64,000 nucleotides of DNA, from positions 258,432-322,431 of the forward strand of contig JAKMXF010000099.1 in assembly GCA_024704765.1 (NCBI GenBank), in the 5' to 3' direction. Of the stretch, positions 63,414 through 64,000 are shown one piece after another. The translations under genes were made by a program, and so were the position numbers. The stretch comes from Oopsacas minuta. Its lineage: Eukaryota > Animalia > Porifera. The notes below the pieces were generated by a model. The model had not been told where the DNA came from and searched no databases. It saw only the letters and a list, made by a program, of their open reading frames with translations. Position 1 is the stretch's first letter; every line of letters starts with the position of its first letter.

Positions 63414-64000
63414 CTACGGGCGTTCATTAACTATTCGTTATCACATTGTAATTCAAAATTTTTCTAGCAAAATTGTGTAGTCAGTGATGGAGTTTCTCAA
63501 AGTATTCCTCTTCGTGCTGTAAAACCAATTTCGGCCTTTTTATCCAATTGAATAATACTTTTTTGTAGTCTTCGGTTGGTACACCTTTCATATACTGGAA
63601 ATCGCCGATCCCATCTGAGCTCGAGTCCCGAATTTTCTGCCTGATAGATGTTCCTTTAGCTTTGGAAACAACCAAAAGTCACAGGTAGCTAGATCTGGCG
63701 AGTAGAGAGGGTGATCTAGCACCACAATGTTCATAGCTTCCCATTTTTCTCTAGCCAGCTTTTTCTCGTGCGGTTGGGCGTTATCATGCGATATTCGCAA
63801 TCCACGAGTTCCAGTCATTGGTCATCGATTTTGGTAGAATTTTTCAACCTCTGTTAGACACTCATTGGTATAGAAGGAGCTGTTATTGTTTGGCATTTGG
63901 GGACACAAATCTGGCACACTGGACCATTAGAATCAAAAAATATACAGTACATAACCTTCGGGTCCCGAAAGTCATGTCGAAGGATCATTGGTGGGTCCTG
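63414..64000 (-). mobile_element. 3' part of a second mariner family, running off the window
   Basis: HDNAQPH and HPLYSPDLATCDFWLFPKLK. TA|CTACGGGCGTTCA terminus. Confidence 0.85.

Overview
AT-rich eukaryotic (probably animal; host not identifiable from sequence alone) repeat-dense window. The central ~35 kb (7.06-42.15 kb) is one degenerate ~174-bp satellite array, itself built from three related ~58-60-bp subunits. Six DNA transposons have inserted into it: Chapaev, Transib/RAG1-like, Tc1, hATm-like, P-element and Chapaev3, three of which carry further nested elements. Outside the array are mariner, Tc1, maT, Kolobok-like, hAT (Ac-like and Buster) and MULE elements and several MITEs. One clear host gene is present, a divergent single-exon ORC5. 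Two observations stand out. (1) A complete Transib/RAG1-like transposon (14170-17279) has a perfect RSS heptamer CACAGTG at both ends, a 5-bp TSD, and a shared 9-mer placed 12 bp from the heptamer at one end and 20 bp at the other. (2) A 7-exon Ginger1-like DNA transposon (35162-41085) has a DD35E integrase spliced in phase to an uninterrupted USP/C19-like cysteine-protease domain with a complete Cys-His-Asp triad. All family assignments come from motifs and termini read by eye; no searches were run.
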